Shown: positions 1 to 9,085 of the stretch, one piece after another
Layout: each line of letters opens with the position of its first letter
How positions within the stretch are numbered: position 1 is the first letter of the stretch
The notes under the pieces: model-generated
What the model saw: only the letters and a program-made list of their open reading frames with translations
Databases searched by the model: none
Told to the model about the DNA's origin: nothing
Source of the DNA: Octopus bimaculoides
Lineage: Eukaryota
DNA: 54,909 nucleotides
Reading direction: 5' to 3'
Assembly (NCBI RefSeq): GCF_001194135.2
Contig: NC_068981.1
Coordinates: 109,080,998 to 109,135,906, forward strand
Position numbers and translations under genes: made by a program

Positions 1-909
1 AAGGGAAACTGGTAAAGTCAAGTTCAATAGAATTAGATGTCGAAACAGTAATAAAGGAACTTGAGCAGGAACAAACTTATAAATACCTAGGAATAAATGA
101 AGGCTCTGGTATCCAGCATGCAAGCATGAAAGAGAAGGTTAGGAAGGAATGTTATAGAAGAGTTCGAGCAGTTCTGAAGTCTGAACTGAATGCATATAAT
201 AAGATGTTAGCCATAAATTCCTTAGCACTCCCAGTTGTTCTTTATAGCTTCAATGTGCTTAACTGGAATACCAGTGAAATAATGAAAATTGATAGAAAAA
301 TCTGCAAGCTACTGACTTGTGATAAGATGCACCATCCAAAGACAGACGTGGATCGATTTTACCTTCCCAGAGCTCAGGGAGGTCGAGGCTTGATCCAGCT
401 TGAACTTATGTACAAAACCACCACAATCGGAATGGCCAAATACCTTGAAACAACCAACGATTGGATGCTAAAACTTGTTGAAAAACATGAAAGACCGAAA
501 AAACTTCGTTCTATTCTGAAAGAGAGCAAAAAATTAGCTACTGATCTCTTAGATACCTACCAGATTGATCAGATTGAAGGAAATGCGCCAACTGCTGCTG
601 CAAAGAAAATAAAATTAATTGCAAAGACAAAAGCACATGAAAAATTAGCTAGCAGATGGGAACAGAAACCTCTGCATGGCAAGTATGTAGCCCGTAGCAA
701 ACAAGCTGATATCGACAAGAAACACACGCATCAATGGTTACGAAGCTCAGGGCTAAGCAGAGAGTGAAGGTTTCATATTGGCTGCTCAAGACCAAAGCTT
801 ATTAACCCGGAACTACCAAGCCAATGTGATAAAAAAAATGGAGCTGACCCAAAATGCCGATTCTGTAACGATGAGATTGAAACTATAGACCACCTAATCT
901 CAGGGTGTA
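1..909 (+). mobile_element. R4/Dong-clade (RLE-type) non-LTR retrotransposon fragment: RT C-terminus, thumb and CCHC knuckle; frameshifted and truncated before the endonuclease
   Basis: The frame from nt 3 reads ...QTYKYLGINE...MKEKVRKECYRRVRAVLKSELN...HHPKTDVDRFYLPRAQGGRGLIQLE...WEQKPLHGKY. After frameshifts near 758 and 835 it continues ESEGFILAAQDQSLLTRNY...CRFCNDEIETIDHLISGC (C-X2-C-X7-H-X4-C). Confidence 0.88.
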
Positions 910-921
910 GATGCCCACGGA

Positions 922-1002
922 CATATGGCGTGGTGGTTATGAGCTCGGGCTACAACCCCAAGATTCTGAGTTTGATTCCAGGCAGTGACCTGAATAATAA
1001 TA
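922..1002 (+). mobile_element. tRNA-derived SINE 5' head
   Basis: A-box-like TGGCGTGGTGG and B-box-like GAGTTTGATTCC at Pol III spacing, followed by (AAT)n and a gap. Confidence 0.55.
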
Positions 1003-1133
1003 NNNNNNNNNNTATCTATATCTATATATATATATATCTATCTATATATATATATATATATAAAACTACATGTGGATCGTTGGCAATTTTTCTCCTCCAT
1101 CTGCCTTTTCTCTTGGACTTTTCTCTGTCTCCT

Positions 1134-1168
1134 GTTTCCGAAGAAAAGCTTTGCTTGAAACGTAAAAC
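1134..1168 (+). ncRNA. Minimal type I hammerhead-ribozyme-like motif with variant core
   Basis: GTTT-CCGAAGA-A-AAGC(TTT)GCTT-GAAAC-GT-A-AAAC: stem I GTTT/AAAC, stem II AAGC/GCTT, palindromic ACGT stem III. The core is CCGAAGA rather than CUGANGA. Confidence 0.5.
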
Positions 1169-1228
1169 TACCTTTCTTTCCTTATTGTCTGAATTTTATA
1201 GTGTTAATTATCCACCATGGCTGGTCTT

Positions 1229-1302
1229 ATGAATCGGTTTCGCGTGAAATTATATAATGGAGTGTTAAGGAACAAACCAGTTATATAATAAACGCTCGTC
1301 AG
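1229..1302 (-). ncRNA. Hammerhead-like core with extended stem II
   Basis: Minus strand: CTGACGA-GCGT-TT-ATTATATAA-(loop)-TTATATAAT-TTC-ACGC-GAAAC-CGATT. Stems I and III are degenerate. Confidence 0.45.
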
Positions 1303-1493
1303 AGATAGCCGACATGGAAGGGGAAACGGCGACCGCTCTCCATTGCTGGATGCGAAGATGAGCAGGACCGGTCGGCATCTGCAGTTTAAATGTGATAGGA
1401 TGAAAAAAGGTTCCAGGGGAGTCAGTTGTGAGTCATGGCCCTTGGTTAAGTTAGCTGTTCAGGTGGCAAAAAGAAATTTTGAAGTGGGGAAAG

Positions 1494-1526
<33 letters not shown>

Positions 1527-1925
1527 CAAAACGATGTTATAATGCTATTCCACAGCCATACCAACAATACAACATACGTCCATCATCAGCTGCTCCACGG
1601 GTATCATTATGGTATTATGTATGTATGTGTGTGTCTATGTATGTATGCATATATAGCAGTTCGTCTTCATTTATTACGTGTGTGCATATGCGTCTGTGGG
1701 TGGGGGGGGGAGAGTGGCAAAGAAAGAGATAGAGAGATAAATAACAGGTTGAGGTGTGTGTGTGTGTGTGCGGTTATAGTGTGTATACCTATGAGTATGT
1801 ATACCTGCGTCATTTACGAGATTGAGTTGGTAAGGAAATAACTTATATTAAAGTACTATAGAAAAAAAAAACTGTTGACATTGTAATATTCTTAGCAAAT
1901 CTAGTTTCAGAATCATCATCATTAC

Positions 1926-1953
1926 CATGATGATGATAATGATGATGATGATG

Positions 1954-1992
<39 letters not shown>
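1926..1992. repeat. Compound (ATG)n(ATA)n microsatellite
   Basis: Direct inspection. Confidence 0.95.
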
Positions 1993-1996
<4 letters not shown>

Positions 1997-2051
1997 CAGC
2001 AACATCGAAAAATACCTTAGAAATGAGAACCCAAGTTCGAAATTTTCCGAA

Positions 2052-2097
2052 GACACCTGATGAAGGCTGGAGGGTATATCAGCCGAAACGTTGTGTT
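2052..2097 (+). ncRNA. Minimal type I hammerhead-ribozyme-like motif within a short interspersed repeat (about 2005-2190)
   Basis: GACAC-CTGATGA-A-GGCTG(GAGGGTATAT)CAGCC-GAAAC-GT-T-GTGTT: stem I GACAC/GTGTT, 5-bp stem II, palindromic ACGT stem III. A downstream inverted repeat AGATGAGGA (near 2108) / TCCTCATCT (near 2160) is also present. Confidence 0.6.
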
Positions 2098-2236
2098 AAC
2101 AACAAACAAGATGAGGACAAATAACCGTCAATTGTAAATAATGTAAATAATGTATATAATTCCTCATCTCTTAAATATAGAACTGTATACATACATATGT
2201 ATGTATATTAATATATATGTTCGTATTATGTGCTTG

Positions 2237-2305
2237 TATGTATGTATGTATGTATGTATGTATTTATGTATGCATGTATGTATGTATGTATGTATGTATG
2301 TATGT
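2237..2305. repeat. (TATG)n microsatellite
   Basis: Direct inspection. Confidence 0.95.
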
Positions 2306-2619
2306 CTATTGCTTCATGTACCAAATTTTAAACTTTAACCTATTAATATGTCATCCTCGTTACAATATGTTGCATGACGCATGGTTTTAACCCCTTTCGT
2401 ATAACACGTTTTGTATTGTATACAAGGAATAATATATTTTTCAATAGTGTAATCTTATTTATATTGCATGCTTTCAGGGCATTACCGACCGCATATGTGT
2501 GCTAGATATGTATGTAAAGAGCTTTGCTTTGAGTTTGTATTTTCTTTTGAATTGGGCGTAAGCTAATATGTATGCAGTAATTAGGAATGTCCTTTTCTGC
2601 ATATTGTGCATAATTGGAA

Positions 2620-3830
2620 TTCATTAGATTTTAGTAATGCATGGTTGTGCCATTCCCAAGGCGCCTGTTATAGCGACTGTCTCTGTTTTCAGTCGCCACC
2701 TTCTGGTCCTTCTCGTTTCCAGATCTTTGTATTTAAATAATTTTTCAATTTCTCTTAAATACATCTCATCTTTTATGGAGACTGATACTTCAATTAGAAA
2801 ACATTTCTATTCCTCTGGGTTCCATGACAACAATATCCAACAGATTCTCCTACATCTCTCTGTCTATGTGGGTGAGGATATTCTATAGTAAAGTCGCTTT
2901 GTCTTTCTTTAAGATCTTTTATGGTGTATATTTATAGCTCCTCTTTGTTGGTATTTCACAATGTTGGTATAATTCTCTGTCTATAAAATCCCCAAATCTA
3001 CCATGCCTGTAGATAGATTCTATTGTTTCTTGACGGAGACTGGAAGTCAGAGATAATGTAGTAATTTATTCCTTTCTTCCCTGCTTCCAAATATGCTGCA
3101 CTTAATGTGTTCTGACTCATTGTGCTGTGTGTGTTTGTGTGTGTGTGCGTGTGTGTGCGAGTGTGTGTGTATGTATGTATGTGTGTGTGCGTGCGTGTGT
3201 CTGTCTGTGTGTGTGTGGTTTCTGGTCGGAAGACTTTAGTACTGTTCAACAATCATGAATCAAGAAGCCTTCAGTCAGTTTTGAGTGCTGCACAACAGAC
3301 AGTTTTGCTATTTTTCTATTTCCACTCCATTCAGATTTTTCAAGTATTGGCCGTGTAGGGTCATTTCTTGCCATAGTTTAATCATGGCATCTTCTATCTG
3401 CAATTTTAGCATAGTTTTAAACTTATTCCCAGTTTCTGTTGTTTCTCTTTTCTCCTTCGGATTGTTTTTCACTTTAACCTCTCTTTTGTATTCGTTGGCT
3501 TCCTTAAAAGCAGGAAGCAGTATTCTATTCACGTTTGTATTGGATTTCTAAAGCATATTTTTGTAGTCCAAGATTAAATATTTGATAATAGCTTTCCACT
3601 TGCATTAGAGCCCTACCTCCCTACATATTATCTTTCTATATTAGATTTTGAGTGATGTATTCTCAACGCAATCGTTATGTTTCTGTCTAGTCTCGCTAAT
3701 TTATATAGCATTTGTCTGACAATATCATAACTACAACTTATTACTGGAATTACCACAGCGTTGCATTTAACTCTGTTTTATGTATTAAATGAATGTGTCT
3801 ATAATAAACTTTTTGTTTCATTTGTGTGTC
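2620..3830 (-). mobile_element. Highly degenerate R4-clade LINE 3' part including the RLE endonuclease, interrupted by (CA)n
   Basis: Broken minus-strand frames give GGRALMQVESYYQ, KLWQEMTLHGQYLK, GDFIDRELYQH and CFLIEVSVSIKDEMYLREIEKLFKYKDLE...LKTETVA...GALG. These match R4/Dong thumb and RLE motifs and are collinear with the element at 1-909. Confidence 0.7.
3122..3216. repeat. (TG)n microsatellite
   Basis: Direct inspection. Confidence 0.95.
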
Positions 3831-3993
3831 ATGTATGCTGAGCCATTTTTTCGTAAGTCTATGTTTTTTTCTGATTTTCTTCTTTCCGTTTCTTTATATT
3901 ACACCAAACTTTGATATCGACAAGATAACAAATACCTACGAGCGACAGACGGTGTTACCATCACCATCACCATCACCATCACCATCATCATCA

Positions 3994-4525
3994 GGGTGGC
4001 GAGCCAGCAGAATCGCGAGCACGCCGGGCAAAATACTTTGCAGCATTTCCTCCGTCTTTACGTTCTGAGTTCAAATTCCCACGAGGTCGACTTTACCTTT
4101 CATTCTTTCGGAGCTGATAAAAAGAAGTACCAATTGAGCACTGGGGTCGATGTAATCGATTAGTCTCCTCCCAAAAATTTCAGGCCTTGTGCATTATTAT
4201 TATTTAACATTGAATTGGCAAAAATGTTTTTGCAATAATGCGTTCCAAGTTCAAAACTCACAAGGACAACTTTGCCTTTCGTCCTTTCGTGGTCGTTAAA
4301 ATAAAGTACCAGTCAAAGACTGAGCTCCACAGTATCGACTAAACGCCGCTTGTCGAAATTTCTAGCCTTATGTCTCTGACATTCAAATTTGAATTCAATA
4401 TTTTTCTCAATTGCCGCAGATGTACTTTCTTTACCCTTTCGAAGTCGATAAATTAAGTACCAGTTGAGTACTGGAGTCGATGTAATCGACTATCCCCCTC
4501 CTCCAAATTTCAGGCCTTGTACTTT
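3994..4525 (+). mobile_element. Cluster of three tRNA-derived SINE copies, family A (3994-4192 near full length; 4205-4380 and 4425-4525 partial)
   Basis: Head GGCGAGC..GCAGAATCG...GAGTTCAAATTCC, body GTCGACTTT.CCTTTCAT, tail GGGGTCGATGTAATCGA...AAATTTCAGGCCTTGTG. The same motifs recur many times in the window. Confidence 0.8.

Positions 4526-4591
<66 letters not shown>
4526..4591. repeat. (AGT)n microsatellite
   Basis: Direct inspection. Confidence 0.95.
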
Positions 4592-4592
<1 letters not shown>

Positions 4593-4827
4593 TCTTTCAA
4601 TTGTTTCCATTTTTTGCCGAATGTTTTCCTGACACCTAGGACAAAGAAACTCTGTATACATCAGTAGGCCATCATAAATGTACAAAGTCATGTGATAGAA
4701 AAAACAAAGAGTCTCCATATTCTGTAAGAGTCTGCGACATGTGTCTCTTGAGATGGCCTACCTAATGCATAGTAATAAGCGTACATTACTTCTTTATACT
4801 CATCCCGGGTCCATTTGATCCCCTTAC

Positions 4828-5004
4828 ATTTTTCTTTTTGTGGTGGTTGGGTGGCTGTGGTGTGGAATTTGGACGGCTCGAGATGGGACAGTTCCTGTTC
4901 AAGTGACCATCCAGGTGCGTATTCGAAGAAGAGTTTGTGCCAGTGAATGACTTTTTGACTCCAGGCTGGCTCTCTCCTGAGGGACGCGCTTCCAGATTAG
5001 CCAT
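4828..5004 (-). CDS. Candidate first coding exon (59 aa) of an unidentified gene running off the left edge
   Basis: Non-repetitive, more GC-rich ORF MANLEARPSGESQPGVKKSFTGTNSSSNTHLDGHLNRNCPISSRPNSTPQPPNHHKKKN, ending at a phase-0 donor AAT|gtaagg. No homolog recognised. Confidence 0.35.
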
Positions 5005-5868
5005 AGGACAATCTATTTGATGTACTGTTTTAAGTTTTCATTTTGTCTCGTAAGACATTTTTGTACGACATTGATATTATTAGTATTGAGTCATGTATAG
5101 CTAATGTAAAAACGGTTTTATTATTGTTGTTGTTGTCGTTGTTGTTGCTGTTGCTGTTGTTGCTTATGTCATTGTCTAGTGTGGTGGATGGAACGCCAAA
5201 CTCCACAAACTCTTAATGGAGTGCCTTGTTATATTGAGTTCTTCCCTATTACTCTACGACCAGTTTCGTGGCTCCGTGATTGGATTGATAATTAAATTAG
5301 TACGCTGTCATTTTATTTACCAATCGTAGCATAGAATAGCCAATAAACAGTACGATGTCTTCATTAGCAACTCTACGTAATGATTGGAATACCGAATATC
5401 GACCGCATTTACAGTTGACGAAGACAGCCAAGAGGCTTACGAAAACCGCTTCTAAAGTTATCGTCCCATATCTACCGAGAAAATATTGAAAGTCCTACAT
5501 TTATATTTTTTGCAATAAACCTAGATATATTTTAAGCACGTGAATTTGTTAAAAACATTGAATAATTTTTCATAAGCAAACATTATAACTGTCTCTCTGT
5601 ATGGTGATAAAGGGATAATAAAATAAATATCATACACTAAACATACATTGGATTATCCGTCCATCCCACCCACCTCAACACCTTTGGAAATTTCTGTTTG
5701 TGTAAGAAATCATATTCATCATCGGTAGCAGCAGCGAGGAGGAGGAGGAGGAGATATTGCCGATAATACTGCTGTTGCTGCTGCATAAATATAATTGTGT
5801 ACCTCGAATTAGATCCGAGATATGAACGTGCCGAGAAATCACTATACAAATGTCATATTTCCATTAAC

Positions 5869-5890
5869 ACTTCCGGTTAAAGCGACGTGA
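5869..5890 (-). promoter_or_regulatory. Promoter-like ETS site and adjacent CRE/E-box-like motif
   Basis: Minus strand reads TCACGTCGC-TTTA-ACCGGAAGT, about 0.9 kb upstream of the candidate exon. Motif match only. Confidence 0.3.
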
Positions 5891-6183
5891 TCTGACATTC
5901 TGTGTTTGTTCAGTTGGTGGTGTTCGTTTAATGCACCTTGTTGTTTTCTGTTCTTCTATAAAGCTTGCGACAGAGTCGAGTAGAAACCCTATAATGGTTG
6001 GTACACGTGTTATGCAAGCAATATATCTTACCTGTAACTAGGTGTGTATGTAGGCAACAAGTACGATTTTGCAGAATGCCACAGCTGTTGAATTTCATAA
6101 ATAGAGAACTGTGATAATTGGCAGATGTGAAGCTGATGGAAGATATAAGTGCATATTACGGCAAAATGCGTAGGCAGATGGTA

Positions 6184-6215
6184 AGTCAGTCAGTCAGTCA
6201 GACAGACAGACAGAC

Positions 6216-6255
<40 letters not shown>

Positions 6256-6258
6256 TAA

Positions 6259-6319
<61 letters not shown>

Positions 6320-6320
6320 G
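6184..6320. repeat. Compound (AGTC)/(GACA)/(GATA)/(TG)n microsatellite
   Basis: Direct inspection. Confidence 0.95.
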
Positions 6321-6394
6321 TAGAAGGTTGAAAAGGAACACACGAGTTGACATGCATGGAAAAAAAGTAAGGTAGAAAATGCTAAAATAATTTC

Positions 6395-8330
6395 NNNNNN
6401 NNNNNNNNNNNNNNNNNNNNNNNNNNNNNNNNNNNNNNNNNNNNNNNNNNNNNNNNNNNNNNNNNNNNNNNNNNNNNNNNNNNNNNNNNNNNNNNNNNNN
6501 NNNNNNNNNNNNNNNNNNNNNNNNNNNNNNNNNNNNNNNNNNNNNNNNNNNNNNNNNNNNNNNNNNNNNNNNNNNNNNNNNNNNNNNNNNNNNNNNNNNN
6601 NNNNNNNNNNNNNNNNNNNNNNNNNNNNNNNNNNNNNNNNNNNNNNNNNNNNNNNNNNNNNNNNNNNNNNNNNNNNNNNNNNNNNNNNNNNNNNNNNNNN
6701 NNNNNNNNNNNNNNNNNNNNNNNNNNNNNNNNNNNNNNNNNNNNNNNNNNNNNNNNNNNNNNNNNNNNNNNNNNNNNNNNNNNNNNNNNNNNNNNNNNNN
6801 NNNNNNNNNNNNNNNNNNNNNNNNNNNNNNNNNNNNNNNNNNNNNNNNNNNNNNNNNNNNNNNNNNNNNNNNNNNNNATATATATATATATATATACATA
6901 TATATGCATATATGTATATATATACGTATATAAAGAACGACCCTTCATCAGTTGTTGGCTGTTTTTCTAGTTTCGTATTTCGGGCATTTTACAACAATAT
7001 ACGCTTTCGATAAAACAGTTGCTCCCGCAAAGCAAATTAAATAAAATTTGGGATTTTGCGGAGGGTCCAGAAGGACTACTAAGCCTAAACGAGGTTGTGG
7101 TGGGGAACACGTGAATCAAGCTAGGACGGGAGACAAGCAAGAACACTCTTCCTTGTTCCAGCTACAATGGAAAGAAAGAAAGATGGCCGATGGTCATGCA
7201 GGAGCCACGTGAGCAAGGGAAGAGGAGGGAGGGAGAGTGACAGAGTAATGAGATAGAATAGTGGGAGAAGAGGTAAAAGAATAAGAAAGAAAAAAAGAGA
7301 GAAAAACGAAAGAGTAAAAAGATCTATAGAGTACGCAGCAGGATAAAACATACTTGGAAGAAGATGCGTGGCGTTCAATCATATAATAATTGATGTAAAT
7401 AATATATATATATATATAAGTCAGTAAATAGTGGGGTTTATATATATATATATAAATGTATATGCATATATATACATACGTATATGTACATACGTGCATC
7501 TATACGTATATATATATATANNNNNNNNNNNNNNNNNNNNNNNNNNNNNNNNNNNNNNNNNNNNNNNNNNNNNNNNNNNNNNNNNNNNNNNNNNNNNNNN
7601 NNNNNNNNNNNNNNNNNNNNNNNNNNNNNNNNNNNNNNNNNNNNNNNNNNNNNNNNNNNNNNNNNNNNNNNNNNNNNNNNNNNNNNNNNNNNNNNNNNNN
7701 NNNNNNNNNNNNNNNNNNNNNNNNNNNNNNNNNNNNNNNNNNNNNNNNNNNNNNNNNNNNNNNNNNNNNNNNNNNNNNNNNNNNNNNNNNNNNNNNNNNN
7801 NNNNNNNNNNNNNNNNNNNNNNNNNNNNNNNNNNNNNNNNNNNNNNNNNNNNNNNNNNNNNNNNNNNNNNNNNNNNNNNNNNNNNNNNNNNNNNNNNNNN
7901 NNNNNNNNNNNNNNNNNNNNNNNNNNNNNNNNNNNNNNNNNNNNNNNNNNNNNNNNNNNNNNNNNNNNNNNNNNNNNNNNNNNNNNNNNNNNNNNNNNNN
8001 NNNNNNNNNNNNNNNNNNNNNNNNNNNNNNNNNNNNNNNNNNNNNNNNNNNNNNNNNNNNNNNNNNNNNNNNNNNNNNNNNNNNNNNNNNNNNNNNNNNN
8101 NNNNNNNNNNNNNNNNNNNNNNNNNNNNNNNNNNNNNNNNNNNNNNNNNNNNNNNNNNNNNNNNNNNNNNNNNNNNNNNNNNNNNNNNNNNNNNNNNNNN
8201 NNNNNNNNNNNNNNNNNNNNNNNNNNNNNNNNNNNNNNNNNNNNNNNNNNNNNNNNNNNNNNNNNNNNNNNNNNNNNNNNNNNNNNNNNNNNNNNNNNNN
8301 NNNNNNNNNNNNNNNNNNNNNNNNNNNNNN
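6395..8330. other. Assembly gaps 6395-6877 and 7521-8330 (smaller gaps at 1003-1012, 24102-24130, 39982-39994)
   Basis: Runs of N, mostly next to microsatellites or homopolymers. Confidence 0.99.
6930..7215 (-). mobile_element. Interspersed repeat fragment, possibly Penelope-like, ending in a truncated CTGATGAAGGG hammerhead-like core
   Basis: Minus strand ...CAGCCAACAACTGATGAAGGGTCGTTC then (TA)n and a gap; no 3' half is visible. Confidence 0.3.
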
Positions 8331-8401
<71 letters not shown>

Positions 8402-8402
8402 T
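8331..8402. repeat. (GATA)n microsatellite
   Basis: Direct inspection. Confidence 0.95.
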
Positions 8403-8924
8403 CACAAGGTAGGAAGAAAAAAAACAGTTTACCGATAGTGTTGTTGATATGGGAGTAGATGATGTTATTAAATAGGTAATTTCCTTTAGTGTGATGGTGA
8501 TTAAGTTGATAATAGTTAGCAAGAGGTCGTTGATTTTTTTAGGTAGATATATGAATACGTTTATTTAGATTCCTAGATCCGTTGATAGGTGTAAGTATAT
8601 AATTTACAACTCTTTATAACAAAATGCTGCAAACGATTGTATGTAATTCACTAAAATGGAACTATTTTTGATTTTGCTGCTCAGATGACAATATTAGTAA
8701 TTAATATAATTTTCCAGCTTTATCTTCTACTCTAAGTGACTCTCTGATATATAGGGACATTTTTTGCATCGAATTAAACGATGCATTTGTAGAATATCTT
8801 GTTCTATAAGACACTCCATAGGAAAAAGTAGATTTTAGACAATTTTCAGCTTGCAAAAATTCTCGAATGAGAAATAGTGTGCACAGAACTATAGAAATAT
8901 TGATTTCAAATTTTAGCACAAGAC

Positions 8925-9085
8925 CAGCAATTTCGGGAGAGAAATTGAGTTGACTGGTACTTATTTTATCGATTTCGATTTGATGAAAGGCAAAGTCGAT
9001 CTCGGCAGAATTTGAACTCAGATTGTAAAGAAGGGCGATATGCCGCAAAGCATTTTGCTCGGTGTGCTAACGATTCTACCAACTC
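8925..9085 (-). mobile_element. tRNA-derived SINE, family A
   Basis: Reverse complement of the head (CTGAGTTCAAATTCTGCCGAGATCGACTTTGCCTTTCATC) and body of the 3994 copy. Confidence 0.75.

Larger units (their letters stand above)
1062..1490. mobile_element. Probable Penelope-like terminal-repeat remnant carrying two opposite-strand hammerhead-like motifs
   Basis: Hammerhead-like cores at 1134-1168 (+) and 1229-1302 (-), flanked by (TA)n. The PLE assignment is inferred from the known PLE-hammerhead association. Confidence 0.45.

Noticed and set aside
930-2338. ORFs such as IYIYIY, MMMIIII and VCMYVC
   Set aside because: They are translations of microsatellites, not genes; the same applies to the ORFs at 3122, 4431-4718 and 54091-54388.
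5415-5455. TTGACGA...AGCC(AAGA)GGCT...GAAAACCG hammerhead-like arrangement
   Set aside because: Variant core, mismatched base of stem II and no convincing stem I; likely chance.
6198-8522. Long ORFs of 188-340 aa
   Set aside because: Artefacts of N-runs.
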